This document shows positions 48,891 through 57,549 of a stretch of 64,000 nucleotides of DNA, piece by piece. The translations under genes were made by a program, and so were the position numbers. The number at the start of each line of letters is the position of its first letter. The stretch's first letter is position 1. The notes under the pieces are model-generated. The model did not search any database. It was not told where the DNA came from and saw nothing but the letters and a program-made list of their open reading frames with translations. Origin of the DNA: an uncultured Methanosarcinales archaeon (GTDB lineage: Archaea; Nanobdellota; Nanobdellia; Woesearchaeales; GW2011-AR9); assembly GCA_964344235.1 (NCBI GenBank), contig CAYFMJ010000002.1, positions 96,001 to 160,000 on the forward strand, in the 5' to 3' direction.

Positions 48891-50636
48891 ATGAATGCAA
48901 AAGAGTTACGGGAGAAGTATTTTAATTTCTTTAAGGAGAAAGGACATGCTATTATTCCCTCAGCATCATTAATTCCAATGAATGATGCGTCAGTATTATT
49001 CAACACAGCAGGAATGCAACCACTTGTTCCGTATTTGATGGGAAATGTTCATCCTGCCGGCAAAAGATTAGTTAATTTACAGAAATGTTTACGAACGGTT
49101 GACTTTGAAAATATTGGAGATAATACGCACCATACGTTTTTCCAGATGTTAGGGAATTGGTCACTAGGGGATTATTTTAAGAAAGATACGATCGCCTGGA
49201 GTTTTGAATTCTTAACAGAAGTGTTGCAATTACCCTTAAACATGCTGGCGTTTACTGTGTATAAAGGTGATGACGTTGTGCCTGCGGATGAGGAAGCGGC
49301 ACAGTTCTGGGAAGCGCATGGAGTTCCTAGAAAAAGAATTGCATTTTTAGGGAAAGATAACTTCTGGTCGGCTGGTGAGACGGGTCCATGTGGTCCATCA
49401 ACAGAGATGTTTTATTGGACGGGTAAAGGAGAAGCGCCAGAGGAGTTTGATGCAGAGGATGAGCAGTGGGTGGAGATTTGGAATGATGTATTTATGACGT
49501 ATAATCGGGATGACAAGGGTAATCTGTCTCCATTACAACAAAAGAACGTCGATACAGGAATGGGTTTTGAAAGGGCATTAGCAGTGTTGAATGGGAAAGA
49601 GAGTGCATATGAAACGTCGTTATTTGCTGGTGCGATTCTCAAGTTAACAGAGTTAAGTGGAAGAAACTATGCGGACTGCAAGAAAGAGATGCGCATTGTT
49701 GTTGACCATTTACGAGCAGCAGTGTTTGTGTTAGGTGATGAGAATGGTGTTGTGCCGTCAAATGTTGATAGGGGATATATTTTACGACGATTGATTCGAA
49801 GAGCGATTCGGTTTGCCAAACAGATTGGTATTGATGAAATGTTCACTGCTGAGATTAGCAAGATCTTCATTGCAGAGTATGGTGAGTATTATACGGAGTT
49901 AGAGAAGAATAAAGAAAAGATTATTGGTGAGTTACAGAAAGAGGAACAGAAATTTGCATTGACGTTAGAGAAGGGATTGCGTGTGTTTGAGAAGTTAGCT
50001 GCGCAAGCAGATGTTATTTCTGGAAAAGATGCGTTCTTATTATTCCAATCATATGGTTTTCCATTAGAGATGACGCAGGAGTTAGCAATGGAACAGGGAA
50101 TTAGTGTTGATGAAGCTGTGTTTAAAGAAGAATATGAAAAACACCAGGGCTTATCTCGAACAGCATCTGCAGGGAAGTTTAAAGGCGGCTTAGCAGATAA
50201 TTCCCCTGAAACAACTCGGTTACATACAGCTACTCACTTATTGGCTGAGGCGTTACGAAGAGTGTTAGGTTCTGAGGTTAAGCAGCGAGGTTCGAATATT
50301 ACGCCTGAAAGACTGCGGTTTGATTTTACATTTGATAGAAAGTTAACGCCGGAAGAGATTAAAGCAGTTGAAGATGAAGTGAATAAAGTTATTGATTCTC
50401 ATGTTGAAGTTAGGCGAGTAGAGATGACGAAAGAGGAAGCAGTGAGGTTAGGTGCACAAATGGAGTTCGGTGCAAAGTATCCAGACAGAGTGAGCGTCTA
50501 TTTTGTTGGTGAGTATTCTAAAGAATTTTGTGGTGGACCGCACGTAAAGAATACGTCTGAGATTGGACATTTTAAAATTGTGAAAGAGAAAAGTTCTTCT
50601 GGTGGTGTGAGACGGATTAAGGCTGTTTTGGAGTAA
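48891..50636 (+). CDS. alaS: Alanyl-tRNA synthetase, short form lacking the C-Ala domain
   Basis: LFNTAGMQPL, HHTFFQMLGNWSLGDYFK, DTGMGFER, HTATHL, EFCGGPHV; ends at GVRRIKAVLE. Confidence 0.95.
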   Translation: MNAKELREKYFNFFKEKGHAIIPSASLIPMNDASVLFNTAGMQPLVPYLMGNVHPAGKRLVNLQKCLRTVDFENIGDNTHHTFFQMLGNWSLGDYFKKDTIAWSFEFLTEVLQLPLNMLAFTVYKGDDVVPADEEAAQFWEAHGVPRKRIAFLGKDNFWSAGETGPCGPSTEMFYWTGKGEAPEEFDAEDEQWVEIWNDVFMTYNRDDKGNLSPLQQKNVDTGMGFERALAVLNGKESAYETSLFAGAILKLTELSGRNYADCKKEMRIVVDHLRAAVFVLGDENGVVPSNVDRGYILRRLIRRAIRFAKQIGIDEMFTAEISKIFIAEYGEYYTELEKNKEKIIGELQKEEQKFALTLEKGLRVFEKLAAQADVISGKDAFLLFQSYGFPLEMTQELAMEQGISVDEAVFKEEYEKHQGLSRTASAGKFKGGLADNSPETTRLHTATHLLAEALRRVLGSEVKQRGSNITPERLRFDFTFDRKLTPEEIKAVEDEVNKVIDSHVEVRRVEMTKEEAVRLGAQMEFGAKYPDRVSVYFVGEYSKEFCGGPHVKNTSEIGHFKIVKEKSSSGGVRRIKAVLE

Positions 50637-50638
50637 TT

Positions 50639-51259
50639 CTATAAACTTCTGTCAATAAAATCTCCCTCATTTCTTAGTAGCATTTCGGGAACGACTGGAT
50701 GTTGTTTTACTGCCTCTGGAAATGGTACCTCATACTCAAAACGGAATTGGGAACTTGGATCGAGGGTAGCTACGCTCACTGGAAGAAGAGGGACGTAAAA
50801 TGTACATTGGTCATCGCTTGCAGCGTATGTTGGTGCCCCAAACTGGGTAAAGTGAATGTTTGCTAGTACTGTTGCTCCCTCGCAAGTTGCTTGCGTAAAT
50901 TCAAGCTCACGGTATGGCGGAAAGCGAAAGTCTTCGCCCGCTTCTAATACTTCGTTAAGACGCCACCATTGCCATCGAACTTCGTCTGCAAGATGTTTCA
51001 AGGAGATTTCTCGAAGATATACTGATATGTCATTCTCTGCAATAGTATTCAGACTTCTTTCCATAATTGGTCTTAATTCTGTGTCTAGACAAAGTGCTGT
51101 AAGAACCCAATCTGCTCTGCCGTAATAAAAGCCGGTTTCAAATAATAGCTCTGGATGGCTCTCTTCAATTTCTGTTGCTATGTGTTTGCCCACCCTTCTT
51201 TTGAACTTCTCAAAGTACTTGTAGTGTGCTTTCAGTGATTCAAGGAAGAGGTCTCTCAT
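50639..51259 (-). CDS. Hypothetical protein
   Basis: Likely start is the ATG at 51259, downstream of tRNA-Gly; the track start overlaps the tRNA. Confidence 0.55.
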   Translation of the reverse strand: MRDLFLESLKAHYKYFEKFKRRVGKHIATEIEESHPELLFETGFYYGRADWVLTALCLDTELRPIMERSLNTIAENDISVYLREISLKHLADEVRWQWWRLNEVLEAGEDFRFPPYRELEFTQATCEGATVLANIHFTQFGAPTYAASDDQCTFYVPLLPVSVATLDPSSQFRFEYEVPFPEAVKQHPVVPEMLLRNEGDFIDRSL

Positions 51260-51277
51260 TGTGTAAAAGTAAATGAA

Positions 51278-51395
51278 TGCGCGGGCCGGGACTTTCCAAA
51301 ACACTGTTTTTTACAATGTAATACTTGAACCCGGGTCACAGCGTCTTTGCTGAAGCAATGGCAACGCCGTATACTAACCACTATACTACCCACGC
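51278..51395 (-). tRNA. tRNA-Gly(GCC) with two BHB introns (37/38 and 59/60)
   Basis: Exons 51395-51359, 51344-51324 and 51291-51278. Acceptor GCGTGGG/CCCGCGC-A, anticodon arm CGGCG-TTGCCAA-CGCTG. The 14-nt intron has a perfect BHB; the 32-nt T-loop intron has a 3/4-paired central helix. Confidence 0.9.
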
Positions 51396-51471
51396 ACAAC
51401 CTCTCAAAGAAAATATGTTCTTAATAAACTTTACTAATCAGAAAAATAAAAGAAAGAAAAAAAAGATACTC

Positions 51472-51849
51472 TTAGTTTCGTGCTAGGCCAAACACAGCTC
51501 GTAATGCAACGATAATTGTCGCTGGTACGAATAGTGTTAAAATTCCTCGCAAGATGTTGCCAATCATTGGTGCAACTGCATCAAATACTCCTACTTGGAC
51601 CCCCAAGAAAGAGACTAATACTAACACCGTCCCACTGGTTAAGAAACCGGATGCTTCATTGTGGGAGACATTTAGCAGACCTACTACGACACCTAATAGG
51701 AATACAACCCATAACATTGTTGCTTGGTATGGTCCTGTAAAACCTAATCCGAGAAGTACTGCTAAGACAACACCAACGAGAAATGCCCAACTCCCTACTA
51801 GATGTGCGTTACTCCGCCGTGGAGCTGCTGCTCTTCGTCTTTTTGCCAT
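51472..51849 (-). CDS. Small 4-TM membrane protein
   Basis: Basic N-terminus then four hydrophobic helices; SD GAGGTGA upstream. Confidence 0.8.
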   Translation of the reverse strand: MAKRRRAAAPRRSNAHLVGSWAFLVGVVLAVLLGLGFTGPYQATMLWVVFLLGVVVGLLNVSHNEASGFLTSGTVLVLVSFLGVQVGVFDAVAPMIGNILRGILTLFVPATIIVALRAVFGLARN

Positions 51850-51997
51850 TTAACTATCACCTCTTTTTTTTAAGGGTCCTATGACGGGTTCCCTTATAGT
51901 TTCCTACTATTATTTTTTTATTTATATGTCTTTTGTTTTTTATCCGTCTATTTTTATAGCAAAAACTTAATAAAAGGGTTAGCGGTTTTCTGTGTAT

Positions 51998-52177
51998 CCC
52001 CTCTTAGTTTAGCTTGGCTAGAACGCTCCGCTGTGTGTTCTTAGGAAACTGAGAACAGGCGAGAGATAAGTTCACTGTTGGACTAAGCCTTTAGGGCTCT
52101 GGATGAAATACAGCCAGTGGGGACGGAGAGACATCTTCGGATGCTTCAAATCCCCGGTTCAAATCCGGGAGAGGGGA
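51998..52177 (+). tRNA. tRNA-Tyr(GTA) with three BHB introns (35/36 inside the anticodon, 37/38, 45/46)
   Basis: Exons 51998-52034, 52064-52065, 52123-52130 and 52150-52177 give CCCCTCTTAGTTTAGCTTGGCTAGAACGCTCCGCTGTAGACGGAGAGATCCCCGGTTCAAATCCGGGAGAGGGGA. C1-G72 and A73 are archaeal Tyr identity elements. The BHBs of introns 1 and 3 are fully paired. Confidence 0.85.
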
Positions 52178-52831
52178 CTCCGAAGGCAGGGTGTGCGTTC
52201 TCACCCTTGCCTTCACATATTTTTCAATTTTTTCTTGTTTTCTAACACAATAAAAACCAATTTCTTTGTAGAACTTTTCTATGTCTTTGATCACAATTGC
52301 GAAAACATTTCTTTTTGCACCAAATCCCGATTTAATAGTGTTCTCTATTCCGAATTCAGAGATCATTTTTTGTACTTGTTTTAGGCCTTTGAAATTGATT
52401 GAGTAGAGTCTTAAAATTAATCTTCTTCCTTCTGGGATTACACTCCCCTCGTCGTCGTATAGGGCTTTTAAGAACTCACGCTTGATGCTTTTACTAGCTT
52501 CTATAATTTCTTTTGGAACGGTCCAAGTCCTAGAGAAGTAATCACAGTAACTCTTAAGATCTTCATATGCTAATTTTGACCTAACTCTTGCGTAAGGAAG
52601 AAGCTTGCCCGTTTTTCCGGATGGCTTGAGTGCAACAACCGGTTTTAGCCCATAAACATTGTCTAAGTCATCAACAAACTGTTGTAGTAATTCTGGGTCT
52701 GTGATGTCATATTTAATGTTGTAATCAGTTCGGCACTTGTAAGCACAACCATCGCCAATCAAGTGAGCGATTAGCCTTGCTTTAGCTTCTGTTAACTCTT
52801 TGAAGCCGGGTTTTAGTCTCTTGATTCTCAT
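52091..52831 (-). CDS. Free-standing two-motif LAGLIDADG homing endonuclease
   Basis: Motif 1 ARLIAHLIGDG, motif 2 EFLKALYDDEGSV, RLYSINFKGLKQV. The C-terminal ~30 codons run antisense through tRNA-Tyr. Confidence 0.85.
   Translation of the reverse strand: MRIKRLKPGFKELTEAKARLIAHLIGDGCAYKCRTDYNIKYDITDPELLQQFVDDLDNVYGLKPVVALKPSGKTGKLLPYARVRSKLAYEDLKSYCDYFSRTWTVPKEIIEASKSIKREFLKALYDDEGSVIPEGRRLILRLYSINFKGLKQVQKMISEFGIENTIKSGFGAKRNVFAIVIKDIEKFYKEIGFYCVRKQEKIEKYVKARVRTHTLPSESPLPDLNRGFEASEDVSPSPLAVFHPEP
52182..52214. terminator. Strong hairpin immediately 3' of tRNA-Tyr
   Basis: GAAGGCAGGGTG/CACCC(T)TGCCTTC followed by T-rich sequence on the + strand. Confidence 0.5.
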
Positions 52832-52936
52832 ACTTGAATCTTGAATTTTAATATTTATAATTTCTATTAGTACTTGTCTAGTGGGTTGTGACTACACTTT
52901 CAAAACACTTAATAAATCGAGTAACTTGTCCATTCT

Positions 52937-53575
52937 GTGAAATACAAACTAATCATTTTTGACATGGACGGAGTTATCTTTCGAGATGTTAATTTTTGGT
53001 TAAGGGTGCATGAAGTATTTGGTACGTTAGAAAAAGGTAAAGTTCTGACAAAACAATATTTACATTCTGATTACGCAAAGCTTGTTGAGGAAGTTGTTGT
53101 AAAGTTATGGAAAGATAAAGATGCAACACCATACTTTGAGCTTGTTAATTCGTTAGAGTATTTACCTGGTGTAAAAGAAGTATTTGAATTTATTAAAAAA
53201 CAGGATTTATTGACGGCAATTGTCTCCGCTTCTAGCATTGATGTAGCACGGAGAGTGCAAAAGGATTTTGGGGTGGACCATTTATTTGCGAATGAATTGG
53301 TGATTCGGGAGAATCGTGTTACAGGAGAGTTTTTATGGCCGATTGCGCAGGGAAATGAGAAAAAAGCTGAGATTATTCGTCATCTCTGTCAAGATCTAGG
53401 AATAAAGCCAGAAGAAGTTGTCTATGTGGGTGATTCTGATAAAGATATTGAAGCGTTTAAGGAAGTAGGATTGTCGGTAGCGTTTAATTCAGATTGTGAG
53501 GAGTTGAAAGCTGTGGCGACGCATATTGTGGATAGTGATAATTTAGCAGATGTTCTTCCATATATTGCAAAATAA
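52937..53575 (+). CDS. HAD hydrolase, phosphoserine phosphatase-like
   Basis: IFDMDGV, IVSAS, FANEL, KAEII, YVGDSDKD, GLSVAFN. Confidence 0.85.
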   Translation: MKYKLIIFDMDGVIFRDVNFWLRVHEVFGTLEKGKVLTKQYLHSDYAKLVEEVVVKLWKDKDATPYFELVNSLEYLPGVKEVFEFIKKQDLLTAIVSASSIDVARRVQKDFGVDHLFANELVIRENRVTGEFLWPIAQGNEKKAEIIRHLCQDLGIKPEEVVYVGDSDKDIEAFKEVGLSVAFNSDCEELKAVATHIVDSDNLADVLPYIAK

Positions 53576-53614
53576 CCATTAAAATAGCTGTTTATTCGGG
53601 AATTCACCGATAGC

Positions 53615-53622
53615 TTTATAAA
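53615..53622 (+). promoter_or_regulatory. TATA box of the tRNA-Asp/tRNA-Lys/rpoH transcription unit
   Basis: TTTATAAA about 25 nt upstream of the GC-rich leader at ~53648. Confidence 0.55.
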
Positions 53623-53710
53623 CAAACCGCAGTTTTACCTCAAAAATGGCCGGGGATATTCTATAATTTAGCGACAAAGAGAGCTAGATCGTGGAATGTC
53701 CTGCATAATT

Positions 53711-53842
53711 GCCCTGGTAGTGTAGCTCGGCCTAGCATGTTGCCCTGTCGGAAACTTTTTCGGAAGTTTGTGGATAGGCAACGACCCGGGTTCAAAACGT
53801 GAGGTGTTGAATCAACTCATGCTGAATGTCCCGGCCAGGGCG
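53711..53842 (+). tRNA. tRNA-Asp(GTC) with two BHB introns (37/38 and 59/60)
   Basis: Exons 53711-53750, 53776-53796 and 53829-53842. Acceptor GCCCTGG/CCAGGGC-G; introns of 25 and 32 nt; T-loop BHB helix TTCA/TGAA is perfect. Confidence 0.9.
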
Positions 53843-53855
53843 TTTCAAGAAGCGA

Positions 53856-53877
53856 GCGAACATGGCAACATGTTCGC
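53856..53877 (+). repeat. Perfect 9-bp hairpin with a GCAA tetraloop in the tRNA-Asp/tRNA-Lys spacer
   Basis: GCGAACATG-GCAA-CATGTTCGC. Confidence 0.7.
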
Positions 53878-53884
53878 AAGTCTC

Positions 53885-54001
53885 GGGCCGGTAGCTTAGC
53901 TTGGTAGAGCGCCTGACTTTTAGCAAAAAACAGGAGTTTTTTGAAACTTCCTGCCGAAAGTAATCAGGCGGTCGCGAGTTCAAATCTCGTCCGGCCCACC
54001 A
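53885..54001 (+). tRNA. tRNA-Lys(TTT) with one canonical 37/38 intron and an encoded CCA
   Basis: Intron 53923-53962 (40 nt) with a perfect BHB helix CTTT/AAAG; acceptor GGGCCGG/CCGGCCC-A-CCA. Confidence 0.95.
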
Positions 54002-54010
54002 CTTTCCAAA

Positions 54011-54244
54011 ATGACAGACGTATCAAAACACATCCTCGTACCGAAACATACGAAAGTTTCCGACTCTGAGAAAGAAAAGATCTGTCAAGAATATAATGTT
54101 GAGGCAGCTCAGTTACCGAAGATTTCTATTGATGATCCTGCTTTAGAGAAGCTTGATGTTAAGCCAGGTGATGTTGTTAAGATTGAAAGACAAAGCGTGA
54201 CTGCAGGGAAAGCAGCATATTATCGCTTGGTGGTGGGTGCATAA
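54011..54244 (+). CDS. rpoH: RNA polymerase subunit H (Rpo5)
   Basis: HILVPKH...QLPKISIDDP...PGDVVKIER.S.TAG...YYRLV. Confidence 0.95.
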   Translation: MTDVSKHILVPKHTKVSDSEKEKICQEYNVEAAQLPKISIDDPALEKLDVKPGDVVKIERQSVTAGKAAYYRLVVGA

Positions 54245-55719
54245 TGGATCAGTCAATTCTCGTAAAGAAGTACTTTGAGGAAAACAAGTTTGTAGAAAGT
54301 AATATTCAATCATTTAATGCGTTTATTGAGAAAGGGTTGCAGGAAGTTATCGAGGAGAATAAAGAGGCAGAGCCAACAATTATCCCCCATAACATTGAAA
54401 GTTTTAAGATTAGATTTGGCAGAATTACTGTAGGAAAACCAGAGATTACAGAAGCTGATGGAAGTAAGAGACCAATTTACCCGATGGAAGCGCGGTTACG
54501 AAAAATCACCTACCATGCGCCTATCTTCTTAGAAGTGAGCACATATATTAACGATGTGCAGCGAGAGAACTTCGTGGCAGAGGTTGGAAAGATGCCAATT
54601 ATGTTACGGTCCAAGTTTTGTAATTTAGATGGCTTAAGCAATGAAGATCTTGTAAAGAAAGGGGAAGACGCAACTGACCCTGGTGGATATTTCATTATTA
54701 ACGGAACAGAGAGGGCGATTGTTAATGTTGAAGATTTAGCTGCAAATAATTTTGTTGTTGAATTGAATTCTTCAAAAGATTTTGTTGGACGATTCTTTGC
54801 ATCACAGGGCTCATATAAAATTCCACACTCATTTGAGAAGAAGAAAGACGGTATCTATTACATGACATTTACACGTGTTAAACAGATGCCTGTTGTTATT
54901 GTTCTAAAAGCATTAGGATTAGTGCGTGATGAAGATATCATGAAAGCAATCTCAACGAAGAAAAATTACGATGAAATTATTGTGAATTTATTTGAGTTTG
55001 TTAATATCAAAACACAGGAAGAAGCGATTGATTACATCAGTAAGAGAATTGGTATTACGCAGGCAAAAGAAATCCGAATGGAACGAACCAAAGATACACT
55101 TGACAAATATTTATTACCGAACATTGGTATGGACTCAAGCTTACGGGCAGAGAAAGCACGTAACATTTGTAAGATGTTGAAGAAGTTCATTGATGTGAGT
55201 AATGGAACGCTTCCTGCTGACGATAAAGATCATTACATGAATAAGAGAGTTAGATTGAGTGGAGATTTATTATTGGACTTGTTTAGGGTTAATTTTAAAG
55301 TGCTAGTTGGAGACATTTTATACAACTTCCAACGAATCATTAAGCGAGGAAAACTTCCTAGTATTCGAGTTATTATCCGGGATAAGTTGTTAACGTCACG
55401 ATTATATTCCTCAATGGCAACCGGAGAATGGGTTGGTGGAAGACAGGGTATCTCTCAGAGAATGGATCGAACGAACTTCTTAGGAATGGTTTCTCATTTA
55501 CAGAGAGTTGTGAGTCCATTATCAAGTGCACAGGAGAATTTCGAAGCAAGAGCGTTACATTGTACGCATGTTGGAAGATTATGCCCGATTGAAACTCCAG
55601 AGGGAACAAATATTGGTTTACGGAAAAACTTAGCTATGCTTTGTTCATTATCACAGGAAGTTGATGGCAAAGAAGTTTTGGAAAAAATGAAAGAAATTGG
55701 TCTACAGGAGGCTCACTAG
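54244..55719 (+). CDS. rpoB2: RNA polymerase subunit B'' (Rpo2N)
   Basis: PMEARLRKITY, GGYFIING.ER, LCPIETPEG.NIGL.KNL. Confidence 0.95.
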   Translation: MDQSILVKKYFEENKFVESNIQSFNAFIEKGLQEVIEENKEAEPTIIPHNIESFKIRFGRITVGKPEITEADGSKRPIYPMEARLRKITYHAPIFLEVSTYINDVQRENFVAEVGKMPIMLRSKFCNLDGLSNEDLVKKGEDATDPGGYFIINGTERAIVNVEDLAANNFVVELNSSKDFVGRFFASQGSYKIPHSFEKKKDGIYYMTFTRVKQMPVVIVLKALGLVRDEDIMKAISTKKNYDEIIVNLFEFVNIKTQEEAIDYISKRIGITQAKEIRMERTKDTLDKYLLPNIGMDSSLRAEKARNICKMLKKFIDVSNGTLPADDKDHYMNKRVRLSGDLLLDLFRVNFKVLVGDILYNFQRIIKRGKLPSIRVIIRDKLLTSRLYSSMATGEWVGGRQGISQRMDRTNFLGMVSHLQRVVSPLSSAQENFEARALHCTHVGRLCPIETPEGTNIGLRKNLAMLCSLSQEVDGKEVLEKMKEIGLQEAH

Positions 55720-55720
55720 A

Positions 55721-57526
55721 ATGACTGATGTATACTTAAACTCACAGTACGTTGGAACGGTTGAAAATAGTAAGCACTTTGTTGACAATATTAAAGATCA
55801 GCGACGAAGTGGTTCCCTGCCAAATACAGTTAACGTTCACTTTAAGGAGGCAGCAGATGAGATTCATGTCTTTGCAGATGGTGGAAGAGCACGACGCCCA
55901 TTAGTTATTGTAAAAGAATCTAAGCCGCTTCTAACGGAAAAACATCTTGAACAGTTACATGCTGGAGAGATTACTTGGATGGATTTGGTACGACAGGGAG
56001 TTATTGAATACTTAGATGCAGCTGAGGAGGAAAATGCATTAGTGGCTGCGTTAGCAGAGGCCATTACTGAAGCTCACACACATTTGGAAGTAACACCAAG
56101 TGTTATCAGCGGAGTTACGGCGGCTCTTGTGCCGTTTGGAAATTTTATGCCTTCACAGCGTTTAATTATTGGAAGTAAGAATCAGAAACAAGCACTAGGA
56201 TTTTATGCAGCTAATTATCATATTCGAATGGATATGGATGCTAATGTTTTACATTACCCACAAGCTCCATTGGTACGAACGATGATCCATGACATGGCTG
56301 GTTATGAAGAACATCCAAGTGGACAAAACATGGTGGTTGCAGTGATGTGTTATGATGGATATAATATGGAGGACGGTGTTATTCTAAACAAAGGAGCAGT
56401 GCAACGTGGTTTAGCTCGAAGTACATATTTCCGACCAGTGAATGCAACAGAATTACGATATTCTGGTGGTTTAGTGGATGAAGTTTCCGTACCTGACAAA
56501 GATGTGAAAGGGTATAGGAGCGAGCACGAATATAGATTCTTAGAAGGCGATGGTATTGTCTATCCAGAAGCGAAGCTTGAAGAAGGCGATGTGTTGATTG
56601 GACGAACAAGTCCACCGCGATTCCTAAGTAGCATGGATGAATATAACTTATCAGCAGCTGTACGAAGAGAAAGTTCTATTGGCTTAAAGCATGGTGAGAA
56701 GGGAGTAGCAGACTTTGTTGTTGTTACAGAGAATGAAGAAGGAAATCGATTAGTGCAAGTGCGATTGCGAGAAGAGAGAATCCCTGAGATTGGTGATAAG
56801 TTTACATCACGACATGGACAGAAGGGTGTAACCGGAATTTTAGTACCACAGACAGACGCTCCGTTCTCCTCAACGGGAATTGTGCCGGATTTGATTTTCA
56901 CTCCACACGGTATCTCTTCACGGATGACCCTATCCCATCTAATGGAAATTCTTGGTGGGAAAGTAGCTGCTCTTTCCGGAAGATTTGTTGATGGAACGTT
57001 GTTTAAGTCAGAGCCACAGGATGTGTTACGGAAAGAATTATTAGATTTAGGATTTAGACCTGATGGGACAGAAGTGTTCTTTGATGGACGAACTGGTAAG
57101 CAGATGCTTGCAAAGATTTACGTTGGAAATATGTATTATTTACGATTGCGACATATGGTTGCAAATAAAATGCAATCCAGAGCAAGAGGGCCTATCCAGC
57201 TTCTAACACGACAGCCAACTGAAGGTAAGGCGAAAGAGGGTGGTCTACGGTTAGGAGAGATGGAGAAAGATACGCTTATTGCACACGGCGCTTCATTATT
57301 GTTAAAGGAGCGATTCAATGCAGATAAAGTTGTTGTACCGGTTTGTGAGAAATCTGGCTTAATGGGCTATTACGATTTCCGACGAAATGGTGCACCAATT
57401 TCTCCATTGTATGGAGAAAATTCAACAATGTCAAATGTTGAAATGAGTTATGCATTTAAGTTGTTGCTAGATGAGATTCGAAGTTTAGGTATCTATGCAA
57501 AATTACATTTGGAGAATAAGTATTAA
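55721..57526 (+). CDS. rpoB1: RNA polymerase subunit B' (Rpo2C)
   Basis: GYNMEDG, GDKFTSRHGQKG, RQPTEGKAKEGGLRLGEMEKD; ATG at 55721. Confidence 0.95.
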   Translation: MTDVYLNSQYVGTVENSKHFVDNIKDQRRSGSLPNTVNVHFKEAADEIHVFADGGRARRPLVIVKESKPLLTEKHLEQLHAGEITWMDLVRQGVIEYLDAAEEENALVAALAEAITEAHTHLEVTPSVISGVTAALVPFGNFMPSQRLIIGSKNQKQALGFYAANYHIRMDMDANVLHYPQAPLVRTMIHDMAGYEEHPSGQNMVVAVMCYDGYNMEDGVILNKGAVQRGLARSTYFRPVNATELRYSGGLVDEVSVPDKDVKGYRSEHEYRFLEGDGIVYPEAKLEEGDVLIGRTSPPRFLSSMDEYNLSAAVRRESSIGLKHGEKGVADFVVVTENEEGNRLVQVRLREERIPEIGDKFTSRHGQKGVTGILVPQTDAPFSSTGIVPDLIFTPHGISSRMTLSHLMEILGGKVAALSGRFVDGTLFKSEPQDVLRKELLDLGFRPDGTEVFFDGRTGKQMLAKIYVGNMYYLRLRHMVANKMQSRARGPIQLLTRQPTEGKAKEGGLRLGEMEKDTLIAHGASLLLKERFNADKVVVPVCEKSGLMGYYDFRRNGAPISPLYGENSTMSNVEMSYAFKLLLDEIRSLGIYAKLHLENKY

Positions 57527-57549
57527 CTGGGGGGCAATAGGAAAACACA

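Noticed and set aside
48891-50636. AlaRS apparently truncated
   Set aside because: Short AlaRS lacking C-Ala is a known form in reduced genomes; the catalytic and editing motifs are intact.
51260-51304. N-terminal extension of ORF 50639-51304
   Set aside because: It overlaps the 3' end of tRNA-Gly; the ATG at 51259 is preferred.
51998-52177. tRNA-His(GTG) call from the unspliced anticodon loop
   Set aside because: It lacks G-1/C73, position 37 would be T, C1-G72/A73 indicate Tyr, and a perfect BHB yields GTA.
53648-53705. GGCCGGGG start resembling a split tRNA-His 5' half
   Set aside because: No D-arm or anticodon arm follows; it folds as a simple leader hairpin.
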